Assembly: GCA_964016885.1 (NCBI GenBank)
Contig: OZ024745.1
Span: 49,414,001 to 49,478,000, forward strand
From: Eledone cirrhosa
Taxonomy: Eukaryota
Direction: 5' to 3'
DNA: 64,000 nt
The notes under the pieces were generated by a model. It was not told where the DNA came from and ran no database searches. It saw only the letters and a list, made by a program, of their open reading frames with translations. How positions within the stretch are numbered: the first letter of the stretch is position 1; each line of letters begins with the position of its first letter. The position numbers and the translations under genes are program-made. Below are positions 38,322-50,188 of the stretch, piece after piece.

Positions 38322-41300
38322 CTAGCAGAGGTACCCAGCGTTGCCCAGTATAACTCGTTCAAATGAACCGAAAGACTTCCGTTAAACACGACTATAGAAG
38401 TAACAATTTATAGGTGTTGGCCCTAAAGAGGGCCTTTGAACGTTCATCTCTGCGGCGATGCCGCCCGCAAAGAAGAATCCGATGGTAACAATTTAAAGTT
38501 GGTGGCCCTAAAGAGAGCCTTGGGTCGTTCACTCTTAAAAGTCTCAGCAGCGGTGCTGCCAGAAAAGACGAATCCAGCGATAACAATTTGAAGTTGGTGG
38601 CCCTAACCTTTTAACGTTCACTTTGAAATATCTCAGCGGCGGTGCTGCCAACAAAGATGAATCTGATTGTAACAATTTAAACTTGGTGGCCCTGAAGAGG
38701 GCCTTGGATCGTTCACTCTTAAAAGTCTCAGCGGCAGAGCTGTCAGCAAAGAGGACTCTGATTAGAGGTGGTGGCCCTTAAGAAGTGCTTCACACCACTT
38801 TGGTGTGTCGTAATTGCTTTGCTTGTTATTTGAGATTGTATCCTAGAAAAGCATGTAACAGTCGGTGGCCACAAAAACGGCCTTAGCAAGACCACGCTGG
38901 AATGTCAAAAAAATGTGTAAATAAGATGTAGGGAAAAGTAGATTAATTAGGTTAAAACTACGGAACATCGATAGCAAAGCGTAATAGCAACATATAAATG
39001 CGGAAAACAGAGACATTGAACATTTATAACGTATAGCAAAAGCAACCTCAGTGACGTACATGGTATTGTCAAAGGGACAAAAATAGCACACGGATACAGC
39101 GAATGTAAGCACTTATACAAAAAAAAAAAACAGCAATTACTTGTTGGCGGATGGGGTGCCTACAAAACTTCCTTATAGACTATATTTGGGGTTTTCTCGT
39201 GAGTTGCAAAAGCAAATAGGTTATGTCGGCTCCCCACTCGGGAGCAGCCAACATATAGTTCACCATGGGAGAAGCACGGTTCTTCTAAATTAAGCCCAAC
39301 GACCGTCAGCGTCTGACCCTGTGATTTGTTAATCGACAGGACGAAACTGAGCCGGAGAGGGAATTGCAGCGTTCTAAATGTGAAAGGAATTTCTTTACCG
39401 GATGGAATGAGACGTATCCTTGTTATGAAGACAATATCCCCTTTACCACATCCTGTAAGTATTGTTGACTGAATAACATGAGGCATCTTCTTTTGGACGA
39501 CCAGACGCGTGCCATTGGAAAGCCTTCAGGGTTCCAAATTCCTAAGGAGCATAACATGGGCACCTTTCTTAAGTTGCAGTAAATGTGGTGGCAATCCGGG
39601 AGGGTCTAGGGAGTTAAGAAATTCTGTGGGGGTAATTAACAATTTCGTCCGGATCAGCCATAAAGTCAGGGACTTGTTGATGTGCAGGTTTCCAGGCAAG
39701 CACAGCGTAGTCGGAGGAGGGGTCGTAGTTAAAGGCCTTCAACAACCATCGTGAATTGCAAGGCCTAAAAATTCAAAAATGCCACGTAACGATGATCGCC
39801 GCTGTTCACTTTGCAGAAGTCGGCCACGTCGTTGCTCTATGGTTTCTGTATTTCGTGCAGCAGCAGTGGCAGCGGAGTCCCTGCTTCGACGAACGGCGCG
39901 TTATCCTTCATCCTATCGAGCGCGAGCAGCGGATGTTGCAGTGGCGTCCATGCTTCGTCGAACGGCACGTCGTCCTTCATCCTCTCGAGCGTGAGCTGCA
40001 GCAGTCGCGGCAGCATCTTTGTTCCGTCGAAGTTCACGTTGACTGTCATCCTCCTCCGCTCTTGCAGCTGCCGTCTGCACAGTATTCTGTGAGTGCCTGA
40101 TCACAGTCGCATTTACATCTTCGGTGAGACGCCTACGCTTAGACCTACTTGCATCATTAGATAATCGACCAATGAAAGTTCTTTTCTTGGGTGGCATTGA
40201 TTTTAAGAAATGAACCAGGGAGAACGATAAATAGTGGACGAATAACGTTTAAGTAAGCAAATCTAAACGCGGATATAAATTGTGGAAAAATGTGATAAAT
40301 CTATGTGGTCTGAGAAAGTGGGTATGTTTTGCAAGATTGTGTGTACCAATCAAATTTCGGACTACCTGTGATAAAGGAAATTAAATAGTGTAGCTACAGT
40401 GGTAGGTATATAAGTGTCAGTATGTTTGTTCAGCTCGAACATAGCAATAAGTAAGTACTAACCATTGAAAGGATACAGGCAAAAATGGCCGAAAAATCAC
40501 AGCATGATAAACTGGAACCTTATGACCATAAACACATTAACTAAATCTCCTTTAAGGTGACAAAATGTTGAAGAAACATGCGTTTCAGAAACATGGGATA
40601 GCTTATGAGAGTACGCATGTAAAAAACCTACCACTTGTCAAAAGCCAAAGTGTGATCCTAGGTCGGACTTGACCGATATAAATAGGAATGATTTCATTCA
40701 ATGAACAGCATTCGAGTTGTCTGATTGGTTAGATAATACAAATAAGTGGGATGAAATCTACTGAACACAACTCACTGATGTGTGGTTGTCCAGAGGTCAC
40801 CATTTCGCACTTAATTGAGGTGCAATTAAACGGGGGAGACAACCGGGTGCAAAAACTAATCAATCATTCGCACAGTTTAGGCATGAGTGTGAAATAGCAC
40901 AATCCAAATACAGTAGGCGTTAAAATTTACACCTGGGTTAAATCGCGCTTTCTTGGTTAGGAGTGTGAAATGACGCCAAAGTTCAATGAAAAAAATTTAA
41001 CTCCCCATTCCGCACTTAATTGTGGTGCAATTACACGGGGGAGACAACCGGGTACAAAATTAAATTCAATCATCCTAAAGTTAACTAAACAAACTAAAGT
41101 TAAGTCAGGGGGATTTAAAAATTCGCTACTCCATTTGTAGGACATGAGTAACCGATGTGTCAACTTTCGTTTAAATTGACTTTTATTTCCAGAAGTTGAA
41201 ATGCTTTGCTGCGACCATAATATGAACTTTAAAAGTGGTCCAAAGGGGCTCACTGCCCTCCCTAGGTGGTTCCCTTGCAAAATTCAAGTGATAACTAATG

Positions 41301-41460
41301 TGTGGTGATTTATCTTATGGTAGGCAATAACCATTTCGACGCGTAATAGGACTTCAGAAACCTATGTATAAAATTCGGTGAAAATCGGTTGTAAAATGTA
41401 GAAATGCATGCGGTTACACAGACAGACAGACAGACATCTTCTGTTTTATATATATATAGA
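38322..41460 (-). mobile_element. Internally deleted Helitron, sister of 13072-22514
   Basis: A|TCTATATATATATAAAACAG ... GCTGGGTACCTCTGCTAG|T. Keeps the N-terminus MPPKKRTFIGRLSNDASRS and the helicase C-terminus ...NIVYKEVL. Lacks the equivalents of ~13222-14036 and ~17645-21105, and lacks the Chapaev3 insertion. Confidence 0.96.
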
Positions 41461-42322
41461 TTAGTATAGTTGGGAATCGGAAGTGTGATGAATCCTTTGA
41501 ATCGGTTGAGTTATTTTCATTTTTCTCATTCAACATCCATTATCAAAAATGATCAGTGATAAACAACAAAAACGTCGACCCTGACAAAAATGGAACTGAG
41601 AAAGTAAAATAAAACAAAATACTGTGAACTGTAGATTCCATCTGTTATACTTATCCAACAGGGATTCTTAAAAAATAGTAATAGCTCGGTAATATTCTGC
41701 AAAAATCACGCAATTTTTCACTGTTCGCACAAAGTTTAGGCTTAAGTAAGCCAACAATATCTTCAAATATCTATCGTATTTTCTCAGCTTATTTATATAA
41801 TGGAAGTTACTGTTGGCGTAAGAAGACGATAAGTCCTATGCAAATTCTAATGTAAAAAAATGCGTTAAATATTTGCATTTCCATGTAGTAAAAGGTAAAG
41901 CTGTAAAGCACACCAGAGAGGTTTGTGTTTACTTCGTTGATGGTAACAGCTTTAATGCTGGGTTGTGTATAGGAGAGTAAAATCTATTCTTTCTAAATTC
42001 TCCAATACATAGCAGGCCTTGGAGAAGAATTCCAAATATTCTATGAATGAAATGAAATTTTCCTTTCCTTCTTGAAGACTTTAAGATACAGTGGTTTACT
42101 ATAATAGGTAGGTAGGTATTTGATACAGTATGGTGTGGCTTGAGGGAGAATTTCTGCTATTTTTATTACGTCTACCTACGATATAGAGGTTCTACTAAAT
42201 TGGCTTATACAATATATACTAGCAAGTAGCTCTTAAACAAAGTTCCTGATTTTGAGGGAAATTTAGCTACTATTTCTAGCTACTCTGTAGTGACCTGCTT
42301 TTTGTCCCATATATATATATAA

Positions 42323-42379
<57 letters not shown>

Positions 42380-43362
42380 CTGATAGATATAAAGTAATAC
42401 ATTCATAATGCATATGGTATAGTTTGAGGGAGTATTAGCTGCTATTTTTATTATATCTAGCTATCATGTAAAGGCTCTACCATATAGGCCTATATAATTG
42501 GTATATAATTGCTAGCATATATACAATATATGCTAGCAATCAGCTCCTTAAAAGAACTCTTTGGTGCACTTGTGTATCGGTTGGTGCGCTGCAAGATAAC
42601 ATTAGTTCCATCGCGTAGGAGTAAGATTCGATTTTAAAACGTGAAAAAATACCAACTGACAATCGCAAGAAAGTTTGTATTTAACCCTCCTCTGTTCGGC
42701 CTCCCGTCGGTATTGGATGAAAGGGGTATTTTATTTGCCTTCTTTGAAAAAAGAAAGTGCGTCTAATAGGCTGGCAAGCAAAGTAAATTAAAATAAAAAG
42801 ATTAGTTTCTGATTTAGACATAAAGTCAACAATTTGGAGGAAGAGGAAAGTCGATCAAATCGACCCTAGTGCATTACTGGTACTTTATTTAATCGACCCT
42901 GTACAGGGTGGTGGAACTGGGGGTGGGACTACCAAAACATACATCTATTTGTATATGCGCTACAATGTATATACATGTGTTTATCGCATATCTATTTTTT
43001 TTATATCTTGGTTGATATTTGATAATACCAGTTAAACTAATCACTACAACGAAATTTATCAAATTTGCCCCCCACCCCACCAATTCAGAAATACTTCCAT
43101 TACCCCTGATATAGATATATAGAGAGAGAGCAGTAAATATTAGCCAAGGCAATATGAAGTTGTACATAAATTTATTCAGGTATCATACATATTTCTCTGC
43201 GGTCTACAATTAGGTGGTATGATATCCTCATAACGAACGGTCAAGGTTCGTCAGCAATAAAAGATAAAATTGAGCTTCTAAATTGTTTTCGATACTAAAG
43301 ATCGGCATATAGCCAGTTGCCATTAAGCTGTATATATGAACATATGTATGTATGTATATATA

Positions 43363-43971
43363 TGGTGGCTGCCAACTCGTTTTCGAGTACGGCCACTACT
43401 TTATATCCATGCAGGAGAACCCCCACCAACGCGCTGAACGAATGTGACCCTTTAGTCCAGCCAGCGACTTGAAAACTCTGGCACAAACACTACACCTGTG
43501 ACAATTATTGACACATAGTGCTGGGCCCATGGCACCATGTGACGACAAGTGCAGAGAGATCCCCAGATATAAAGCAATGCCTGTGCCGTGAAGCTTTTAT
43601 AGTGAGCAAAGGCACTGCACAAAGCCAGTCCCACTCTCTTAACCAAGATAATATTTACCAAAAAGAAGAACAAGTCAACATCATTGGATACCATCAGGGT
43701 TGCAGGTGTTATATCAGAGTTTTCCTTCTCCTAGAATTCTGCCTTGACAAAGGCTAAGGGGTCATCTCTCCCAGTGATTTTGGATGGCCATTGACTCTAA
43801 AGAGCTCCTTTGCCCTTTGACAGGTTTTGTTTTTAGTCCTGCAGGATGTCCAAAGTCACCCTCCTCACCAAGAAACCTTGGTGGGGTTGCCAGTTTAGTC
43901 GCCAACGACCCGACCATGGAACAGGTTGTACTGGGATACATGTTACCAGTAGCACCAACGGGTGACCTGAC

Positions 43972-43974
<3 letters not shown>
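43363..43974 (-). mobile_element. Non-coding RTE-5'UTR-like repeat, copy 2 (longer 5' end)
   Basis: Reverse complement of 11806-12360 with ~55 extra 5' bases. Same 3' end GGCAGCCACCA. Flanked by TA-rich microsatellites. Confidence 0.65.
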
Positions 43975-44015
<41 letters not shown>

Positions 44016-44040
44016 GTATATGTATATGTATATATATATG

Positions 44041-44071
<31 letters not shown>

Positions 44072-44870
44072 GTACATATATATGTATATATATGTATGTA
44101 TATATATATATGTATGTATATATATATGTATGTGTATATATATATATATATATGTATGTGTATATATATATGTATGTATATATATATGTATGTATATATA
44201 TATGTATGTGTATATATATGTATGTGTATATATATATATATGTATGTATATATATATGTATATATATATATATGTATATATGTATATATATATATGTATA
44301 TATATATGTATGTATATATGTATATATATATATATATGTATGTATGTATATATATATATATATGTACATATGTATGTATATATTTTACATAATACATATC
44401 CATTTTATCACCACATTTCTATCTATCATTTAGCACGCCATTTAAAAAAATTTTAACATTTCTATCACCTGTAACATGCTTTTACATTATACATGAAATA
44501 TGCTTGTTTCAGTTATAATATAACTTTTACCTTATACATGCCTTTATTAATTGTATTGACTCTTGCATTATATACCCCTAACATTACCTGATTCTATGCT
44601 ATGATATCTTTTATCTTTTATCTATCTTATCTTACATATTTTTTTGCTTATACCTTTTGCACATGTTTTACCTTAAACAATACCCTTTTATACATAATAT
44701 GCTTATTTTTCACCTTTCACCATTGCTCCTTGTAATTGTGTTTTCTGAAGCATAACATTCTTTTTTAACTCCCGATTTTCTGTATGATGTCTATGACACT
44801 GACAACAGTTATGTATCTGCCTCAATGTTCTGAAGAATAGAATTTTAATCACCTGTTTAAACATTCTCTA

Positions 44871-44917
44871 TGCTCCGATGAATCCAGACATCCCTCTAGA
44901 AGAAACAATCGTCAGCA
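44871..44917 (+). ncRNA. Minimal type I hammerhead-ribozyme-like motif
   Basis: TGCT-CCGATGA-A-TCCAG(ACATCCCT)CTAGA-A-GAAA-C-AATC-GTC-AGCA. Helix I is TGCT/AGCA, with a GUC site. Confidence 0.65.
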
Positions 44918-45104
44918 AATAAATGTATTAAACTAAGACTTAATTGTTTTAATACTTTGTATCTCGGCTCTGTAATACACTTGATAATTTACATTGAACC
45001 TTTTCTCCTACCGGTAACTGGCTAGTACTTAGTACTACCATCCATATTTATAATTGTATATTAAACATATATAAGTATAAATATTATTATTATTACTATA
45101 TATA

Positions 45105-45298
45105 TAGGGCGGTGGATTGGCAGTATCGGTAGAGGGTCGGACGCCATGCTTTCCAGCATAGTTACGTCCCTTTACGATCTGAGTTCAAATCCCGCCGAGG
45201 TTGACTTTGCCTTTCATCCTTACGGGGTCGATAAAATAAAGTACCAGTAATGCAGTGGGTAATTGCTGGCCTTGTGCCTAAAGTAGAAACAATTATTA
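45105..45298 (+). mobile_element. Full-length young-looking SINE, main family
   Basis: AGGGCGGTGGATTGGCAGTATCGGTAGAGGG...GAGTTCAAATCCCGCC...AAACAATTATTA. The central block GCCTTTCATCCTTACGGGGTCGATAAAATAAAGTACCAG resembles the Meta domain of MetaSINEs (from recall). Confidence 0.9.
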
Positions 45299-45299
45299 C

Positions 45300-45345
<46 letters not shown>

Positions 45346-45349
<4 letters not shown>

Positions 45350-45734
45350 GGTAATCCCAAAAGCAAGGTTTCCAAAGCGATGGGGACGCAGAAAAACTGT
45401 TCGTACGGCTGTTGGCAACACTGTTGTGATTGGTGGTTCCTTCACTCCCAAACAAGCATGCGCGCGCTTCGCTGGGATGGTCAATGTTGGCTTGGCGGCC
45501 GTTGAGAATGGATCTCCCGTTGAGCGCCACCGCCAAGTGCGAATTTCGCGCAGTTATTATATACGAGGGCGTAACATGCGTAACATGCGTAAAGATCGGC
45601 GGATCACTCTGGATGCTCTCTGCATTTTGGTCCCTGAGGTTTCCCGAAGCACCATCCACAGGATTTTAACGGAGAAGTTGCAATATCGGAAGTTGCAATA
45701 TCGGAAGGAGACCTTACTTTTGGGATTGCCCTTG
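45346..45734 (+). mobile_element. Internally deleted mariner element
   Basis: TA|CGAGGGTAATCCCAAAAGCAAGGTTTCC ... GGAGACCTTACTTTTGGGATTGCCCTTG|TA. Transposase remnants AKCEFRAVI and DRRITLD...SRSTIHRILTEKLQYRK. Confidence 0.9.
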
Positions 45735-45810
45735 TATATATTTACGTATATGTGTGTGTGTACATATATATTTTCCCGTGTGTTGTGAATGTGTGTATGT
45801 ATGTGTATGT

Positions 45811-45880
<70 letters not shown>

Positions 45881-46649
45881 AAACCACTGTATCTTAATGT
45901 CTTCAAGGAGGAAAGGAAAATTTCATTCCATTCATAGAATATTTGGAATGCTATGTATTGGAGAATTTAGAAAGAATGGATTTTACTCTCCTATACACAA
46001 CCCAGCATTAAAGCTGTTACCATCAACGAAGTAAACACAAACCTCTCTGGTGTGCTTTACAGCTTTACCTTTTACTACATGGAGATGCAAATATATAACG
46101 CATTTTTTTACATTAGAATTTGCATAGGACTTATCGTCTTCTTACGCCAACAGTAACTTCCATTATATAAATAAACTGAGAAAATACGATAGATATTTGA
46201 AGATATTGTTGGCTTACTTAAGCCTAAACTTTGTGCGAACAGTGAAAAATTGCGTGATTTTTGCAGAATATTACCGAGCTATTACTATTTTTTAAGAATC
46301 CCTGTTGGATAAGTATAACAGATGGAATCTACAGTTCACAGTATTTTGTTTTATTTTACTTTCTCAGTTCCATTTTTGTCAGGGTCGACGTTTTTGTTAT
46401 TTATCACTGATCATTTTTGATAATGGATGTTGAATGAGAAAAATGAAAATAACTCAACCGATTCAAAGGATTCATCACACTTCCGATTCCCAACTACTGC
46501 AATTGAAATCTAAACATGTAACTGAAATAACTACCACCATAAGCACTAAAGGTATGCAAATTAACAGATCCAGTTGTCGGTTTATGCTACATTGGATGCG
46601 TATGGAAAGCCTTTAGTTACGTGGCGTGTAGATGTTGTAGATAAATAGA

Positions 46650-46690
46650 AGGCTGATGATGGTCTCAACCAAGATCGAAACGGGCCAAGC
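46650..46690 (+). ncRNA. Hammerhead-like motif (mirror copy at ~38133-38174, - strand)
   Basis: CTGATGA-T-GGTCT(CAACCA)AGATC-GAAA-CGGGCC. Canonical core and helix II, but a degenerate cleavage triplet. Confidence 0.5.
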
Positions 46691-47373
46691 TGTTCATGTT
46701 TTTAGAGTTGTAGGAGAAATACATAAGACATGTTTACATTTATAAATTTCTCGTAGCTTCTATTAAAGCCTGTAGTGTTTGTTTAGTGATATGGATTTAT
46801 AGTATCTTTCAGCTGCTTAGTGCACAGTTTAACACACACACAGAAACATACACATACTCTATATCTCCCTCCCTCTCTTACACCCACACAACACATACTA
46901 TATCTCTCTCCCTCTTTACACACACACACACACACACATTATACATATATATATATTATAATCCACAACAATATATTTGTTAAAACTTTGGAGGAGAAAC
47001 CTAATATTACTTATTACTTATTCTGACCGTAAAACAATGGGTTACGTGCTAGTAAATATAATTTTGAAAAAAAAAAAAAAAAAGCTTTCTTTATCTATGA
47101 AAACCTAATTACGTCACATCAGTAGAAAGACTATACATTGAAATAAATCTATATATAACAACACATCTAGACAAGGTTGTTCGTATCTGTATCTCCTTAA
47201 TGGTGCACTGAGTGGAGGCGGACAGATGATTTGATCTTTAAATTAGACAGACCTTTTCTGCTTATCTATTTATATCCAAAGTTCATAAACATCTTTTCTC
47301 TTCCCTATATCGCTTAAGCGAACAGACAGAAAAGGCATGATCTTTGCACACACACACATATACATATAATATG

Positions 47374-47468
<95 letters not shown>

Positions 47469-47672
47469 GCACATCCACACATATATGTGTATATACGTGT
47501 ATATATTTATTTGTGTATATTTGCATGTCTATGATCGTATGTGTGTCACTGCATATATATATGTTTAACTCATTAAACTAATTTAATTCATTGAGCTAAA
47601 ATTGGAAGTTATGGAAACGTTTTATATGTACATCTATGCCTATATATACATCTCTGATATTTTATCTATATA

Positions 47673-47762
47673 CAGGGTGTCCCAAAATTGTATACACGCT
47701 TTGATTACCTGTACAGGCAATATTTGCACAGCCTGTATGCATACATTTTTGGGGACACCCTG
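47673..47762. mobile_element. 90-bp Tc1/mariner-type MITE
   Basis: TA|CAGGGTGTCCC...GGGACACCCTG|TA. A partial related copy lies at ~25272-25350. Confidence 0.85.
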
Positions 47763-50054
47763 TATATTTCATCAATGCAACAACGATTATTATGGCTGGA
47801 ACGCCTTTGACCATAGGTCTGTTTGATATTATTTAATTTAGAGATAATTACAATAGCTACGATAATAACAATATCTACGATAATAACAATATCAAGATTC
47901 TGCATTCTTGTAAACGTATTCCTATCTCTAATAAATCTTTTTTAATCACTTAGGTTCATAACCTGGTAGTAGTAAGCTGCTGGGACATTGACAGACGAAG
48001 ATATAGAGAAATGTTTGTCCTTGATGTAAACCTCAATATAAACTGGTATACATTATGTAACGTAAATTGTTGAAGAAAGCCAAAGAACTACGTACCTATA
48101 AGAATTCCTTCAAATGATTGATTGATACATTGAATAGACAATGTATTTCTTTGGATCATCTATTCACCGAGTAGCTAGCTGTAGCTTCATCACGATTTCA
48201 CGTGGAGATTTATAAACAGGAATGCAATGTATACAGCCTCATTTTCTTTCCCTTGATATTTGTATTATCCTAAAACTATATTGCTATTAATAACGTACAA
48301 TAGCGTTGATATATTAGCTCCTTCTATAGTTTGCCACCCGAAAGGGCTTGCCATGCCTATACAAATGATCTTCCTTTAATAGCAACAAATACAGAAGTTG
48401 TAAAAAGAAAATAAATCATATTTAATATTTTTTTATACTTATAGTTTTTTGAATGGATCAATTGCTGTAGCTTCTTATGCAATCTATTTTTTTTTATTTA
48501 GGCACAAGGCCAGCAATTTTTTTAGGAGGCTGGGAAAGGGAAAGTTTATTATATCGATCTCAGCGCTTGACTGATACTTTATTTTATCGACCCAATAATG
48601 ATGAAACACAAAGTTGACCTTGGTGGGATTCGAGCTCAGAATGTAAAGAGATTTAACAAATATCACGCAAAGCGTCTTGTTCGACGCTCTGTAAGCAAAC
48701 TGTAACGATAAATGCGAATTTCTGTCTGTGTATGTGTGCTTTTGGAAACTAACTCTGGCTCCAGTAGGTCTACCCACAAAGTATTATACATTTTTGGAAT
48801 CAACATAATCCCAGGAATATTTTAACACCAACATGTTGAGGGTGAGCGCTACGAAAGCACCACGAAAGTTTAGTGTGTACATTCAGTTTTGCTCATTCGC
48901 ACAAAAAAGCAGAGTTTTATGCCGTGCAAAAGCACTTGGCTGATTCACAGACTATGAAAGAGTTGGCTGTATGTGGGTTAATAATTTGAATTATTCATTT
49001 TCAGCCACCACACAAATTTTAAATCATAAGTTATCTCACGTCGCCGACCGCCAATCTTTTCATATATTTGCATATGTTGAAAGAAACATTACAAAATACA
49101 GAAACACACATTCTTAGACGAACAGAAAACTGTATTTCTGCGGTAGTTCTGTTAGTATTATAAAAGAAACCTGAATGCAATTCTGTTGGGAATTAGTTTA
49201 TAAATTTTAATGAGGGATCCAAACATGGTTGTATGATTAAAAGGTTTACTTTGCATCTACATGGTTTTAGTTTCAATTCAACTGCCTGACACTTTGGGCA
49301 AATGTTTTCAACTATATCTTTGGGTTGACAAAAGCATTGTGAGTATAATTTGATGGTTTGAAATTGTGTGGAAGTACCTCCGTGAGATCATTCATATTCT
49401 TGGGTGGTAGACTGGAAGAAATCTTTAAGTCTTCTATGTTACATGTAATAATTTCAAATTATAAATGTTGTTCTTACCATGGTTTTAATGCCTTTTAAGA
49501 AATACCAGTCACTGCTTTATCGCTTGATCTGCTAGTAATAGCAGCGAAATTTCCTAGTGACTTAGGTAAAAGGGCACATTGGATAAAATGCTTATAGATG
49601 CACTGTACCTAGAAAAAGACGAATTGAGGTCATAGTTGGAATGTATTTGGTCACAAGTCCCCTCGATCAGACTTCACCCGAGGTAAGCAGCAACTACCAA
49701 TTATTTTATCATCTACTTCAAGAGAACAAGCATAAAAGTAAACATCTCCGTCGGTTTCAATGAAGAACATTCCAGTTGATCGATCAATAGAACGACCTAC
49801 TCATGAAATTAACGTGTAACATACACGTTATGGAGTACTCAGCTACTTACACGGTATATGAGTACCCATAATGCGATTCAAGCTGGCCTTTTTAAATTAC
49901 AGACTTCGAAATATTTTTCGTCGACCCATTATCGCCCAAAACGCTTGGATCTAGGCAATGTTAAACGAAAACATATCGACCATTTGGCCAGGCTACACCC
50001 GCATACATGAAATAAATTATAAATAATAGTTAAAACTCGTATATATGTATATAT

Positions 50055-50188
50055 CAGGCATAGGCAACCTTTGTCGAGCAGTGGGTCACATGAGATAAGG
50101 AGGGCCAAACTATTAAAAGAAATACAAGATAATTTTGAAATTAGGCGTGTCATTCAGAAAGCTAAAGGGGCCGCAGTTTGCCCATGAC
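50055..50188. mobile_element. Degenerate hAT-Charlie-like MITE
   Basis: CAGGCATAGGCAACCT ... GGGCCGCAGTTTGCCCATGAC termini. The TSD is obscured by TA repeats. Confidence 0.5.

Larger units (their letters stand above)
37216..47557. repeat. Local inverted duplication: left arm 37216-42106 (with Helitron), right arm 45872-47557 (without)
   Basis: 41461-42106 is the reverse complement of ~45872-46500, and 37216-38321 is the reverse complement of ~46503-47557. Near-identical spurious ORFs at 37853-38038 (-) and 46786-46983 (+). Confidence 0.95.
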
